From an uncultured cyanobacterium (lineage in GTDB: Bacteria; Cyanobacteriota; Cyanobacteriia; Cyanobacteriales; Cyanobacteriaceae), in contig CAVQBA010000004.1 in the NCBI GenBank assembly GCA_963710605.1, forward strand, positions 1,184,001-1,248,000: a stretch of 64,000 bases of DNA, given 5' to 3'. The notes below the pieces were generated by a model. It had not been told where the DNA came from, searched no databases, and saw only the letters and a list, made by a program, of their open reading frames with translations. Made by a program: the position numbers and the translations under genes. Position 1 is the stretch's first letter, and every line of letters begins with the position of its first letter. Of this stretch, positions 19,507 through 30,859 are shown piece by piece.

Positions 19507-20370
19507 TTAATTACTAAATATAGATAATAAAGTTTCCAACATAACTTGCGTGGGTGCTGGTTTACCCGTCCAGATTTGAAAACCAACTGCACCTTGCTCG
19601 ACTAACATTTGACTACCGTCAATAATAATTGCTTTTTGCGATTGTGCTTGCTGTAAAAACAACGTCGGGCGGGGAGTATAAATTAAATCATAAACGATCG
19701 TATTCGCTTTAATTAATTCTGATTGTTTACTCGTCAAAGGCGACGCATCAATATGCGGATACATACCAATAGGAGTTGTATTGACAATCAATTCACTTTC
19801 AGCAATTATCTTATCTAATTCGTCCCAATGATGAATTGTAATTTCGGCAGTTAAATTAGTTTGCTCCCAACTTTGAGCAAAAGCCTCTAGTTTGGTTTGA
19901 TTACGCCCTACAACTTTAATTTGTTGGCATCCTAGTTGACTACAGCCAACAATTACCGCCCTAGATGCCCCACCGTTACCTAATACTATCGGGGTTATTT
20001 TCGACCAATTTTTGGTTAGTTTTTTAAGTGGTGCAACAAAACCATCAATATCTGTATTTGTGCCATGCCAACCATCTTCAGTTAACCAAACTGTATTGAC
20101 TGCCCCGATCGTTTTTGCTGTATCCGTAATATGGGTTAAGAATGGAATAACATTTTGTTTATGAGGAATAGTAACATTAAAACCGCTTAAATTGATTGCT
20201 TTAAATGTCTCAAATGTTTTACTTAAATCTTCTGTTTTTACTTGAAAAGGAATATAAACATAGTCTAAATTTAAAGTCTCTAATGCTTTATTTTGAATTA
20301 GAGGAGACATTGAATGTTCGATTGGATTACCAATGATACCTAAAAGTTTTGTTTTACCTGTAATCTGCAT
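19507..20370 (-). CDS. aroE: Shikimate dehydrogenase
   Basis: GNPIEHSMSP, GFNVTIPHK, GAVNT, NTDIDG, NTTPIGM, DLIYTP. Confidence 0.95.
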   Translation of the reverse strand: MQITGKTKLLGIIGNPIEHSMSPLIQNKALETLNLDYVYIPFQVKTEDLSKTFETFKAINLSGFNVTIPHKQNVIPFLTHITDTAKTIGAVNTVWLTEDGWHGTNTDIDGFVAPLKKLTKNWSKITPIVLGNGGASRAVIVGCSQLGCQQIKVVGRNQTKLEAFAQSWEQTNLTAEITIHHWDELDKIIAESELIVNTTPIGMYPHIDASPLTSKQSELIKANTIVYDLIYTPRPTLFLQQAQSQKAIIIDGSQMLVEQGAVGFQIWTGKPAPTQVMLETLLSIFSN

Positions 20371-20380
20371 AAATTAGTTG

Positions 20381-20423
20381 AAAGTTAAAAGTTAAAAGTT
20401 AAAAGTTAAAAGTTAAAAGTTAA
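20381..20423. repeat. Heptamer tandem repeat (AAAAGTT)x6
   Basis: Read directly between divergent aroE and hisH. Confidence 0.9.
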
Positions 20424-20488
20424 TAATTATTCATTATTCATTGTAAAGTGTTAAAATCATCGGATAATACCTAATATTATCGAAACTG

Positions 20489-21130
20489 ATGACTGTTATT
20501 GCTGTAATCGACTATGACATGGGTAATTTGCACTCGGCTTGTAAGGGTTTAGAAAAAGCTGGGGCGATAACCAAAATTACTGATTCTCCTGATGAAATAG
20601 CTCAAGCTGATGGAGTTGTTTTACCTGGAGTTGGTTCATTTGATCCAGCAATGCAACATTTAAAAGCGAGAAATTTGGTTGAACCGATCAAGAATATTAT
20701 TAAAAGTGGCAAACCATTTTTGGGTATCTGTTTGGGTTTACAAATCTTGTTTGAGGCTTCAGAAGAAGGTAATGAAGAAGGTTTAGGTATTATTAAAGGT
20801 AAAGTACGTCGTTTTCAATCTCAGCCTGAATTGACTATTCCTCATATGGGTTGGAATAACCTTGAATTAACTCAAACTTCTCATCCTTTATGGCAAAATA
20901 TTCCTCCTGCTACTTATGTTTATTTTGTTCATTCTTATTATGTTGATCCCATTAACACAGAGATTATTTCTGCCACTGTTACTCATGGTACACAAAAAGT
21001 AACCGCTGCGATCGCTCACAAAAATTTAATGGCAGTACAATTTCATCCCGAAAAATCTTCTAGTTATGGTTTACAGATGTTGACTAATTTTGTTGATTTA
21101 GTGGCGAAGTCTCAGTTAGTTAAAACTTAA
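20489..21130 (+). CDS. hisH: Imidazole glycerol phosphate synthase glutaminase subunit
   Basis: DYDMGNL, LPGVG, GICLGLQ, PHMGWN, QFHPEKS. Confidence 0.96.
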   Translation: MTVIAVIDYDMGNLHSACKGLEKAGAITKITDSPDEIAQADGVVLPGVGSFDPAMQHLKARNLVEPIKNIIKSGKPFLGICLGLQILFEASEEGNEEGLGIIKGKVRRFQSQPELTIPHMGWNNLELTQTSHPLWQNIPPATYVYFVHSYYVDPINTEIISATVTHGTQKVTAAIAHKNLMAVQFHPEKSSSYGLQMLTNFVDLVAKSQLVKT

Positions 21131-21238
21131 TTATCAAATTCTTCATTAAATATTAACTTTCTCTTCTTAATTCGTGATTTTGATTGGTTAAAATTGTAAT
21201 TGAATTAAGTAATATTACTCACTAAAACGACCTTTTTT

Positions 21239-21589
21239 ATGAAAACTAATTCTAATAGTAATCATTCTCATTCTCATTCTCAGGTTAATGACACAAACAA
21301 ACACGAACATAATCATAGTCATAGCGAGGAATCGCAAAGGAAGATAATCAATCGTTTATCTAGAATAGAAGGGCACGTTAGAGGTATTAAAACCATGATC
21401 AATGAAGGTAGAGATTGCCCTGAGGTTTTGATTCAAATAGCCGCTATTCGTGGTGCATTAGATAGAGTAGCTAGACTTATCTTAGATGAACATTTGAGTG
21501 AATGTATTACTCGTGCTTCAGTAGAAGGTGGAATTGAAGAAGAAATAGCCGCACTTAAAGCCGCCCTCGATCGTTTTTTACCTTCATAA
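21239..21589 (+). CDS. CsoR/RcnR family metal-sensing repressor with His-rich N-terminus (InrS-like)
   Basis: NRLSRIEGHVRGI, C.EVL.QIAA.RGAL, HL..C. Confidence 0.9.
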   Translation: MKTNSNSNHSHSHSQVNDTNKHEHNHSHSEESQRKIINRLSRIEGHVRGIKTMINEGRDCPEVLIQIAAIRGALDRVARLILDEHLSECITRASVEGGIEEEIAALKAALDRFLPS

Positions 21590-21665
21590 TTGGGCTTAAC
21601 TTAAAAAAACTTAGAAATTAATAATATAGTTCTATGAGAACATTACATTATTGTTAATTTACTAA

Positions 21666-22652
<987 letters not shown>

Positions 22653-22712
22653 TCTTTCTTGGCTTTAAAATAACTATTTTCGAGAGCTTCTATTATTTTA
22701 ATATCTAACTAA

Positions 22713-22820
22713 TATAGCATTTCCCATCACTATGAGGTACATTTGTTATCTCCAAGTCCCCTTTGGTAAGGGGGCCCGTGGGGGATCGATATGTACTTCA
22801 TAATACTAATAATTGTTATA
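22713..22820 (+). mobile_element. MITE-like repeat family B, copy 2
   Basis: TATAGCATTTCCCA..TATGAGGTACA..AAGTCCCCTT..AAGGGGG..GGGGATCG..TGTACTT..TAATACTAATAATTGTTATA. Confidence 0.8.
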
Positions 22821-22948
22821 TACGATCGCTATATTCAAAGGTTGTAGTTATTCACTCTTTAAATAATTAGTGATTGTGAATAGTTAGTTAGTGACATACT
22901 CCCACACCAAATTCAAAATTATGGTGTGGGCTTCCAACCCCATAAGGG

Positions 22949-24203
22949 TTATTGGCGTTTTATAGTCAGGGAGATGCCCAGCCCGACTTTTTTAATTAAT
23001 AAAGCACTATTATAATCACGATCTATAGACTCTCCACAATGAGAACAATCATGCCATCTGTCTGACAAAGTTTTAGGTACTTTATTTAGACAATTATGAC
23101 AATGTTGACTCGTCCCTTTTGGATTCACCTTAATTATTTTACAGCCTACCTTTTTCGCTTGCTGATTGAGAATATCTACAAATTGTCCGATTGCACAGTC
23201 CGAAAAACTTTTATTTAATCCAGATTTTGCACTTTGACCATTTGGCACATACCGATTATTTATTTTTTTAGGCTTGTTTTTACGTTTGAGATTAGCAATA
23301 TTTAAGTCTTCAACAAATATTACATCTGCAATTGAGCATAATTGTTTTGCTATTTCATAATGGCACTGCTTACGTTGTCTGGCTATCTTCTGATGTAGCT
23401 TCGATATTTTCTTTTGGATGAGTCTTTTAATCTTCTTTCCAATTGATTTATCTGCTTTTCGTTTTTGAAGATTCGCCAGCTTTGCCTCTAACTTGCGATA
23501 GTGTTTTTGTGGTAAAACTTGATTACCATTTGAATCCACGTAAAGTTTTTCTAACCCCAAATCAATACCCACCGAATTACTCTGATTGGGAATAATTTCT
23601 GGCTCAAATTCTGGTACTGGTTTTGTCTTCCACACTGAAAGTAATATAGTAACCATCAGCTTTTTTGGTAATAGAAGCAGTCTTTAATTTGAAACCTTCG
23701 GCGATCGATCTATGACAGATAAATTTTACTTCCCCAAATTTAGGCAAACTTACTTTGCTCCCTTGGATGCAATCAGGCTTTAATTGAGGAAATGTTATTG
23801 TCCTATATTGTCTTTTATTTTTAAACCTTGGTTTCCCCGCTCTTTTGCCTTTACAATCGCCTTTAACAAATCGATCGAAAGCTAATTTTACTCTTTTGAT
23901 AACATCCTGTAATACTTGCGATTGTAATTCTTGATACCAAGGTCTATCTTTTTTTAGTTGGGGTAAAGTACGTTTTTGACTATAGTAATCAGGGTTATCT
24001 CTTAATTCTATCGGAGGTAGGCTACAAGATATTTGACAAAAATCACCTAGAGGTAAAACAATACCATTACGATTGTATTGCCACCAAGCAAATCGATCGG
24101 CTAACAAGTAATTATACTGACATCTAGCCATGTTTAACCACCTACTAATAGTTTCTTTTTGCTTAGTGTCCAGAAGCAATTTGTATTGGTATGCTTTTCT
24201 CAT
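22949..24203 (-). CDS. tnpB: TnpB RNA-guided endonuclease, split by a +1 frameshift near 23619-23624
   Basis: N-half MRKAYQYKL..GKPRFK; C-half RuvC VGIDLG, FVEDL, DRDYNSA and CHNC/CSHC zinc finger. Confidence 0.9.
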
Positions 24204-24252
24204 ACTGACTTTATCTATTACACTATAATTAGTGTATCTTTAAAATAAAATA

Positions 24253-24675
24253 GTGTCAAGCAAATATAACGATTTAATATCAAGTGGCAGAAGTGTCTCT
24301 AGTTTAAAGGCACATTTAGTGTTAACTAGTAAATATCGAAAAAAAATTTTCAACAAAGCAATGCTTATCAGGTTAGATAAGATAATACAAGACCTTTTGA
24401 GCAAATGGGGGTGTAAATATATCGAGATGAATGGAGAAGAAGATCATGTACATTTGTTGTTTCAATATACTCCTGATGTACAGTTGAGCAAGCTAGTGAA
24501 TAACATGAAAACGGTAACTAGTCGATATTTGAGGAAAGAATTTGAACCTAGATTAAGCAAATTTTACTGTAAGGCAACTTTGTGGAATGGTAGTTATTAT
24601 TTATCATCTTGTGGTGGTGTTACTATTGAGACTTTAAAAAAGTATGTAGATAGTCAAAATAGACCAAGCACCTAG
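24253..24675 (+). CDS. tnpA: IS200/IS605 Y1 (HUH) transposase
   Basis: HLVLTSKYR, DHVHLL, LW..SYY, YV..Q. Confidence 0.93.
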   Translation: MSSKYNDLISSGRSVSSLKAHLVLTSKYRKKIFNKAMLIRLDKIIQDLLSKWGCKYIEMNGEEDHVHLLFQYTPDVQLSKLVNNMKTVTSRYLRKEFEPRLSKFYCKATLWNGSYYLSSCGGVTIETLKKYVDSQNRPST

Positions 24676-24802
24676 ACTGCGATTCATCTCACGCTAATTT
24701 AACTAGGTTTTTTTTGAAAATTTAGCGTGAGGCTTCTCGCAGAAGAAAGCTAAATTGTGATATTCTATTGTTAGTTAATGAATATTATAATAATAAAGCA
24801 AA

Positions 24803-24907
24803 ATGCAAGTTAATGATTTAGGCTTTGTAGCTACCATTTTATTTGTGCTTGTGCCTACTGTTTTTCTTTTAATTTTGTACATCCAAACTGGAAAAAACGA
24901 GGCTTAA
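24803..24907 (+). CDS. psbM: Photosystem II reaction centre protein M (missed by ORF track)
   Basis: [34 protein letters not shown]. Confidence 0.96.
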   Translation: MQVNDLGFVATILFVLVPTVFLLILYIQTGKNEA

Positions 24908-24963
24908 GAGATATATTTACTCAGATACCAGCAGAATAATTAGTTTTTATATTTTACCTGTAT

Positions 24964-25043
24964 AAGGGGTTAACGGCTAGGAATTAATTGATACTCTTAA
25001 ATAATCATTTAGGAATCAATTTTGACTTAGTTTTTAACCCTTT
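24964..25043. terminator. Long imperfect inverted repeat between convergent psbM and HAD genes
   Basis: AAGGGGTTAA..AATTGAT..TAAAT / ATTTA..ATCAATT..TTAACCCTTT. Confidence 0.5.
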
Positions 25044-25062
25044 CAATTTTTTAGCGAGGGTA

Positions 25063-25692
25063 TTATAATAAAATCTGAGTTAATTGGGCTGGTTTATCAA
25101 TTAAAAAATCAGGATGGTGTTGCCCTAAAATAGTAGCTGAATTAAATCCCCATGTTACTGAGACAATTTTGATATTGCTTTTTTTAGCGGCTTCAATATC
25201 ACGGGTTTCGTCACCTACATAAAATGTTTTTTCTAAGGGTAGGTTATATTGTTTAATTACTTTTTTAATAATTTTATCTTTACCAAATAAAGTATTAGCA
25301 GAATAAACAAAATTGAAATAACTTTCTAATTGATTTTTCTCAAGAAATTCTAAGACATTATTACGCATATTAGAAGTCACAATACCAACACAATAACCTT
25401 GAGCTTGTAAACTAGCTAACAATTCCTTCATCCCTACAAATGGTTGTAGCTTAGCTATATGTTTATTAAATTCTTTTTTGACTCTACGTAAAAGAAAAGG
25501 AAGTTGAGTTAAAGGAATGGGAGATTGAAGCATAATATCCACTGAACTTAAATGGCTTAATCTGAGGACTTCTTCTTCAGTTACAGCATCATATCCAAAT
25601 TCATTCGCTAATTGATTAGCAATTTCAACCACTGTTTTACGACTATCTGCGATCGTACCATCAAAATCAAATATAACTATTTTATGATCCAT
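25063..25692 (-). CDS. HAD-IA hydrolase (phosphoglycolate phosphatase-like)
   Basis: FDFDGTIADS, GIVTSN, YVGDETRDI, VTWGFN. Confidence 0.88.
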   Translation of the reverse strand: MDHKIVIFDFDGTIADSRKTVVEIANQLANEFGYDAVTEEEVLRLSHLSSVDIMLQSPIPLTQLPFLLRRVKKEFNKHIAKLQPFVGMKELLASLQAQGYCVGIVTSNMRNNVLEFLEKNQLESYFNFVYSANTLFGKDKIIKKVIKQYNLPLEKTFYVGDETRDIEAAKKSNIKIVSVTWGFNSATILGQHHPDFLIDKPAQLTQILL

Positions 25693-25726
25693 GAAAATTT
25701 ATCTAGGTAATTGATAATTGAGAATA

Positions 25727-26686
25727 TTAATCTTCAATTTGCGGAAGTTGACTTAAGGCATTACGTCTCCACATTTGCGGTTTAATACGACGTAAAGCCG
25801 AGCCTGTAAAACGTCTATCCCATTCTTCTTCTGTCATTTGAGCTATTTCGCTTAATTTGGGGTTAAGATTAGCTGGATAAGGAAAAAAATCAGGGACATC
25901 GGTAGTTTTAGCAAAACGTTGATTCCAAGGACAAACATCTTGACAAATATCACAACCTGCTACCCATCCATTTAAATTATTAGCAATTTCTACTGGTAAC
26001 TCTGGCTGACGATTTTCGATCGTATGATATGCAATACAACGATTAGCATCAACCACAAAAGGTTCGGTGATTGCTTGAGTCGGACAGGCGGTTATACACC
26101 GAGTACAAGTACCACAATGATTAGTATGAGGACGATCGATAACTAAATCGATATTAGTGAGAATTTCCGCTAAAAATACCCAACTTCCATAGTTTCGGGT
26201 AATGACGTTACCATTTTTGGCTACCCAACCAATACCTGCTTGTTCTGCCCAAAATTTATCTTGAATAGGTCCAGTATCTACATAATACCTTACTTTTGCA
26301 CCAACTTGATTTTCGATTAACCAGTTAGCCAAAATTTTCAGTTTTTTAGTGATCACACGATGATAATCTCTTCCCCAACCGTAACGAGATATCTTAGCAC
26401 TATCTGGTTTTTGCTCGTGTTGATTAGGAGTATAATAATTAAGTGCTACACAAATAATTGATTTAACTTCTGACCAACACAGATTTACATCTTGACGGCG
26501 AGGATTATCCATCCATTGCATATCGGCTTGATAACCTTTGTCTAACCATTTTTGTAATCGTTTTTGATTAGTTTGTTGTTGTTCGCTATTTGCCTCCACA
26601 TGAGTAATACCAACTTCATGAAAGCCGATTTCGATCGCTTTAAGTTTGATTTGTTCTTTGTTTAGATTGGGATTATTAGAAGACAT
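25727..26686 (-). CDS. queG: tRNA epoxyqueuosine(34) reductase
   Basis: SRYGWGRDYH, DTGP, CGTCTRCITACPT, GCDICQDVCPWN. Confidence 0.93.
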   Translation of the reverse strand: MSSNNPNLNKEQIKLKAIEIGFHEVGITHVEANSEQQQTNQKRLQKWLDKGYQADMQWMDNPRRQDVNLCWSEVKSIICVALNYYTPNQHEQKPDSAKISRYGWGRDYHRVITKKLKILANWLIENQVGAKVRYYVDTGPIQDKFWAEQAGIGWVAKNGNVITRNYGSWVFLAEILTNIDLVIDRPHTNHCGTCTRCITACPTQAITEPFVVDANRCIAYHTIENRQPELPVEIANNLNGWVAGCDICQDVCPWNQRFAKTTDVPDFFPYPANLNPKLSEIAQMTEEEWDRRFTGSALRRIKPQMWRRNALSQLPQIED

Positions 26687-26842
26687 CGAGAAGCTTAAGC
26701 AAGACAGTAATTAAATAAAAAGAAGTCACCGAATCAGAAAAAATCTTTGACCACAACAGGGGTATTAATAAAAAGTTAGGAATTAATATTAATACGTAAA
26801 AAGTCTTAATTTTTGGCTCTGTTTTTTTTAGCTGATTTTTAT

Positions 26843-27544
26843 TTATGATTGATTTTGAGGGTATAATCCACGAGGAAAATCTTCCGCACTTAAGCAAGTC
26901 TCCATCGCTTGAATAGGGTTACTTTGTTCAGGAGTACGAGATAAAGCAATTACACATTGAGAATGTCTTGCAGGTAATAAACTAGCTCGACAAGTATTCA
27001 TCGCAGTGAGAACGCCCAAAGAAGCTTGTGTTGGGGTTAATGTTACTTCTACTACTTCTGAATTTTCTTCTACGGCTTCATCGTCATCGGTTTCTACTAC
27101 TTCAACAATGACACCTGTATTTGTTTGGGTGTTGGTTTGAGCTGTATTATTCGTGTTTGGGGTGGTTGTACTCATTTGTGCAGGAGACAAGATAGTATTT
27201 TGAATATCTGCTACACAATTACCTAATTCGATTGGTCTTCTGACAAGATAACAGTTTTTAAGAGCATCTATACCGACAATCTCAGTTGATTGAGTAATTG
27301 TTTTGACACAATAAGATAAATCTTTGGGATATAAAGCATCTGCACAACCGATTTGAGCTTGGGAGGTAGCGACACCACTTGTGGTTAATTCTCTTAAACA
27401 GACATCAAATTTGTTTTCTGCTTTAACTCCATTAGTTAATAATAGAGAAGGAAGAGAAAAAATAACGATCGCACTTAATTTACTTAATTTATTCATAATT
27501 TTAGATAGTTCTTCAGAATTGAGAATTGCTCTTCTATACTTCAT
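26843..27544 (-). CDS. Secreted Cys-repeat hypothetical protein
   Basis: Signal peptide then three C....P..L..CV..I-type units and a low-complexity T/N/E linker. Confidence 0.7.
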   Translation of the reverse strand: MKYRRAILNSEELSKIMNKLSKLSAIVIFSLPSLLLTNGVKAENKFDVCLRELTTSGVATSQAQIGCADALYPKDLSYCVKTITQSTEIVGIDALKNCYLVRRPIELGNCVADIQNTILSPAQMSTTTPNTNNTAQTNTQTNTGVIVEVVETDDDEAVEENSEVVEVTLTPTQASLGVLTAMNTCRASLLPARHSQCVIALSRTPEQSNPIQAMETCLSAEDFPRGLYPQNQS

Positions 27545-27694
27545 ACATATCTTTGTAACAAAGCAGATGTATGCACTTAACTTAAAGGTTTAAAATATTC
27601 GTACACAAATATTTTAGCTGAATGTGAAATTAACACCAATAATTACACCTAAACTATAATCGATTTAATTGAATAAAGGGATTAAACAAACAGG

Positions 27695-29032
27695 ATGATT
27701 TTACAACAAAGACGTAGTTTTTCTCGACTAAAATACTTATTTTTTTATTATCTATCTTTGAGCTTAATTAGTTGCACAACTACTTCTTCACCGCCACAAG
27801 TTTTACAACCTACAGAGGTTTCTTCTTCTGTGGAATCAATTTCAACACAAACTTTGAATCCCCAACCAATCAAGATTGAATTAGACACATTACCTCAGCC
27901 TTATACATCCAAAAGTGTATCTCAAAGTCCGCAAATTTTACCAATTCCTGATTCAATTAAGTTTAATCTACCTGATGGTTTTCAAGTTAATATTTATGCT
28001 CAAGGTTTAAATAATCCTCGTTGGTTAGCCTTAACTCCCGATGGGGATGTATTAGTTACCGAAACTCGTGATAATCGCATCACATTATTACAAGATAACG
28101 ATAATAATGGAGTTGCCGATCGAAGTTCAACTTTTGCCGATGAAAGTAATGGTTTAGATATTCCTTTCGGTATGGCTTTTAGTGATGGTTATTTTTTTCT
28201 GGGTAATCATAATGCTGTCAGACGTTACAATTATTCTCAATTAGATACCAAACTAGTAGGTGAAGGGAGCAAAATAGCTTCACTTCCGGGGGGCGGATAT
28301 AATCAACATTGGACTCGTAATGTGGTTGTTTCTCCGACTGAAAATAGGCTCTATGTATCGATCGGTTCGGCTTCTAACGCCAGTATTGAAAAACTACCTC
28401 GTGCTTCAATTCAAACTATGGATTTTGACGGTAGCAATCAACAAACTTTTGCCTCAGGATTACGTAATCCAGTCGGTTTAGATTTTCATCCTCTCACCAA
28501 TGAGTTATATACTACCGTAAATGAGAGAGACGGGCTAGGTGATGATTTAGTTCCCGATTATTTTACTAGTGTTAAAAAAGATGGTTTTTATGGTTGGCCG
28601 TATAGTTATTTATCTCCTAATCTACTCGATCCTCGACACACAAAACAAAATCAAAGCACAAATCCTCAGTTAGTTAGTAAAACTATTACACCTGATGTTT
28701 TAATTCAATCTCATTCAGCACCTTTGGGTTTACAATTTTACGATGGTCAAACATTCCCTCAAAAATATCAAAATGGAGCTTTTATCGCTTTTAGAGGTTC
28801 ATGGAATCGTAGCGAAGGCACAGGTTATAAAATAGTTTTTATCCCATTTACGGAAAATGGTCAACCTCAAGATTATTATGAAGATTTTTTGACGGGTTTT
28901 TTAGTTAATCCTGCCATTCCTTCAACTTGGGGCAGACCTGTGGGATTATTAGTTATGCCTGATGGTAGTCTTCTGCTTACTGAAGAAGCTAATGGGGTTA
29001 TTTATCGCATACAACACGATGGTAATGAATAA
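27695..29032 (+). CDS. PQQ-dependent sugar/sorbosone dehydrogenase family lipoprotein
   Basis: LISC lipobox, HWTRN, GLRNPVGL, VNERDGLGDDLVPDY, GSWNR, GRPVG. Confidence 0.88.
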   Translation: MILQQRRSFSRLKYLFFYYLSLSLISCTTTSSPPQVLQPTEVSSSVESISTQTLNPQPIKIELDTLPQPYTSKSVSQSPQILPIPDSIKFNLPDGFQVNIYAQGLNNPRWLALTPDGDVLVTETRDNRITLLQDNDNNGVADRSSTFADESNGLDIPFGMAFSDGYFFLGNHNAVRRYNYSQLDTKLVGEGSKIASLPGGGYNQHWTRNVVVSPTENRLYVSIGSASNASIEKLPRASIQTMDFDGSNQQTFASGLRNPVGLDFHPLTNELYTTVNERDGLGDDLVPDYFTSVKKDGFYGWPYSYLSPNLLDPRHTKQNQSTNPQLVSKTITPDVLIQSHSAPLGLQFYDGQTFPQKYQNGAFIAFRGSWNRSEGTGYKIVFIPFTENGQPQDYYEDFLTGFLVNPAIPSTWGRPVGLLVMPDGSLLLTEEANGVIYRIQHDGNE

Positions 29033-29165
29033 TTAATAATTAATAATTAATAATTTCTCCAATCAAAATCGATCGGTTGAGTGAATATTCAGGTATTCTT
29101 ATATCACTTATACTAATTACAAAAGGGCGACTTGAAAACTAAGCTGGTCAAAAATGAATAACTAC

Positions 29166-29203
29166 TAACTTTTAACTTTTAACTTTTAACTTTTAACTTT
29201 TAA
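29166..29203. repeat. Heptamer tandem repeat (AACTTTT)x5 forming the end (KVKS*) of the adjacent CDS
   Basis: Read directly; overlaps stop at 29186. Confidence 0.9.
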
Positions 29204-30424
29204 AACTGCTTTAACTGCCTCAGTAAGGGCGATCGAACAATGAGTCCAATGTGTGCCTCCTTGGCAATAAACTATATAAGGCTCTCTTAATGGACCATCA
29301 GCAGACAGTTCTAAAGTACTGCCATCGATAAAAGTACCACCAGCCATCACCAAATCACTTTCATAACCGGGCATAGGTGCAGGAACGGGATCTAGATACG
29401 ATCCGACAGGAGAAAATCTTTGGATTGCTCGACAAAAGGCGATCAGTTTTTCAGCACTACCCAATTTAACCGCTTGAATAATATCTCGACGTGGTTCAAA
29501 TGGTAAGGGATTGACTTCATATCCTAATTCTTGAAATACATAAGCAATCAAATGACTACTCTTAACTGCTTCAGCGACAATCTGCGGAGACAAAAATAAA
29601 CCTTGAAATAAAAGACGATTTTGATCGAATGTCGCCCCCCCACTACTACCAATCCCGGGGGCAGTTAAACGGCAACAGGCTTTCTCTACTAGCTCTTTTT
29701 TTCCTGCTACATAGCCACCTGCAGTGACGATCGTTCCCCCAGGGTTTTTAATTAACGAACTTGCCATTAAATCTGCTCCGACGGCAGTTGGTTCAAGGGT
29801 TTCTAAAAATTCTCCGTAACAGTTATCCACAAAACAAACAGTATCAGGATTTTGTTGTTTAATTATGGTGATAATACGCTTAATATCAGCGATCGATAAA
29901 CTTTGTCGCCAAGAATAACCACAAGAGCGTTGGATTAAAGCTAATTTAGTTTCCGGTTTAATTGCGGTTTTTAATCCATCCCAATCAATACCACCTGTTG
30001 AAGTTAATTCTAATTCTCGATAATTAATTCCCCATTCTTGTAGTGTACCTTGTCCTCCCCCTCGTACTACACCGATAACTTCTTCAAGAGTGTCATAAGG
30101 ATGTCCTGCTACGGCTAACATTTCATCTTTTGGGCGTAATACACCATATAGACAAGAAGCGATCGCATGAGTACCAGAAACGAATTGAACTCGAACAGCG
30201 GCTGTTTCGGCTTCAAAAACTTGAGCAAAAACTTGATCTAAAACTTCTCTACCTAAATCATCATGCCCATAACCGCTCACGCTAGCAAAATGCTGTACTC
30301 CCAAACGATGTTCGTTAAATGATTGTAAAATTTTAGTTAAATGTTGCTTTACTTGTTGATCAATTTGGGCAAACTGAGGTAATAGTTCTTGTTCAGCTTT
30401 TTGAATTAGCGAGTCAACGTTCAT
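29186..30424 (-). CDS. Methionine gamma-lyase family / aluminium resistance protein (YnbB-like)
   Basis: SGYGHDDLGR, VSGTHAI, PYDTLEEVIG, VDNCYGEF, SLIKNPGG, ELSADGP. Confidence 0.9.
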   Translation of the reverse strand: MNVDSLIQKAEQELLPQFAQIDQQVKQHLTKILQSFNEHRLGVQHFASVSGYGHDDLGREVLDQVFAQVFEAETAAVRVQFVSGTHAIASCLYGVLRPKDEMLAVAGHPYDTLEEVIGVVRGGGQGTLQEWGINYRELELTSTGGIDWDGLKTAIKPETKLALIQRSCGYSWRQSLSIADIKRIITIIKQQNPDTVCFVDNCYGEFLETLEPTAVGADLMASSLIKNPGGTIVTAGGYVAGKKELVEKACCRLTAPGIGSSGGATFDQNRLLFQGLFLSPQIVAEAVKSSHLIAYVFQELGYEVNPLPFEPRRDIIQAVKLGSAEKLIAFCRAIQRFSPVGSYLDPVPAPMPGYESDLVMAGGTFIDGSTLELSADGPLREPYIVYCQGGTHWTHCSIALTEAVKAVLKVKS

Positions 30425-30859
30425 ATATTTTTTTATTCTTTAACAAATTTAGGCTTATCTAATTTGATTATTTTATGATGATCAGTAAAATCATGATCAA
30501 TTTTCTTGATCAAAATCAATTATCTGCAAAAAAATAAGTACGATCGTCGCAGATGAGCGATCGCTTTGATTCTCTTTGTTCAACAACTAACTATTTAAGC
30601 CACAATCAAAAAAAGCGATCTAACAGTAAATTAATGTATTTAACGATTAAACAGCAAATATAAACAAAAACTCCTATGATGGTAGCTTAGAACTATATTT
30701 AGTGATTATAAGCTCACTTAAAATTGATTAGTTACCTTTTTTAGTACTTGACACAAAAATTTTAAAAAATGCTACTATTTGTGTGATACTCAAATATCAA
30801 TCGTTTAAATCAAAAAAAATCAATTATATTTATCTTTATCTAGACTTGTAAGTATTATT

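Larger units (their letters stand above)
22891..24755. mobile_element. IS200/IS605-family element with divergent tnpA and tnpB (ends approximate)
   Basis: Subterminal hairpins CCCACACCA..TGGTGTGGG (22901-22930) and CTCACGCTAA..TTAGCGTGAG (24688-24731); no TIR or TSD, as expected for the family. Confidence 0.88.
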
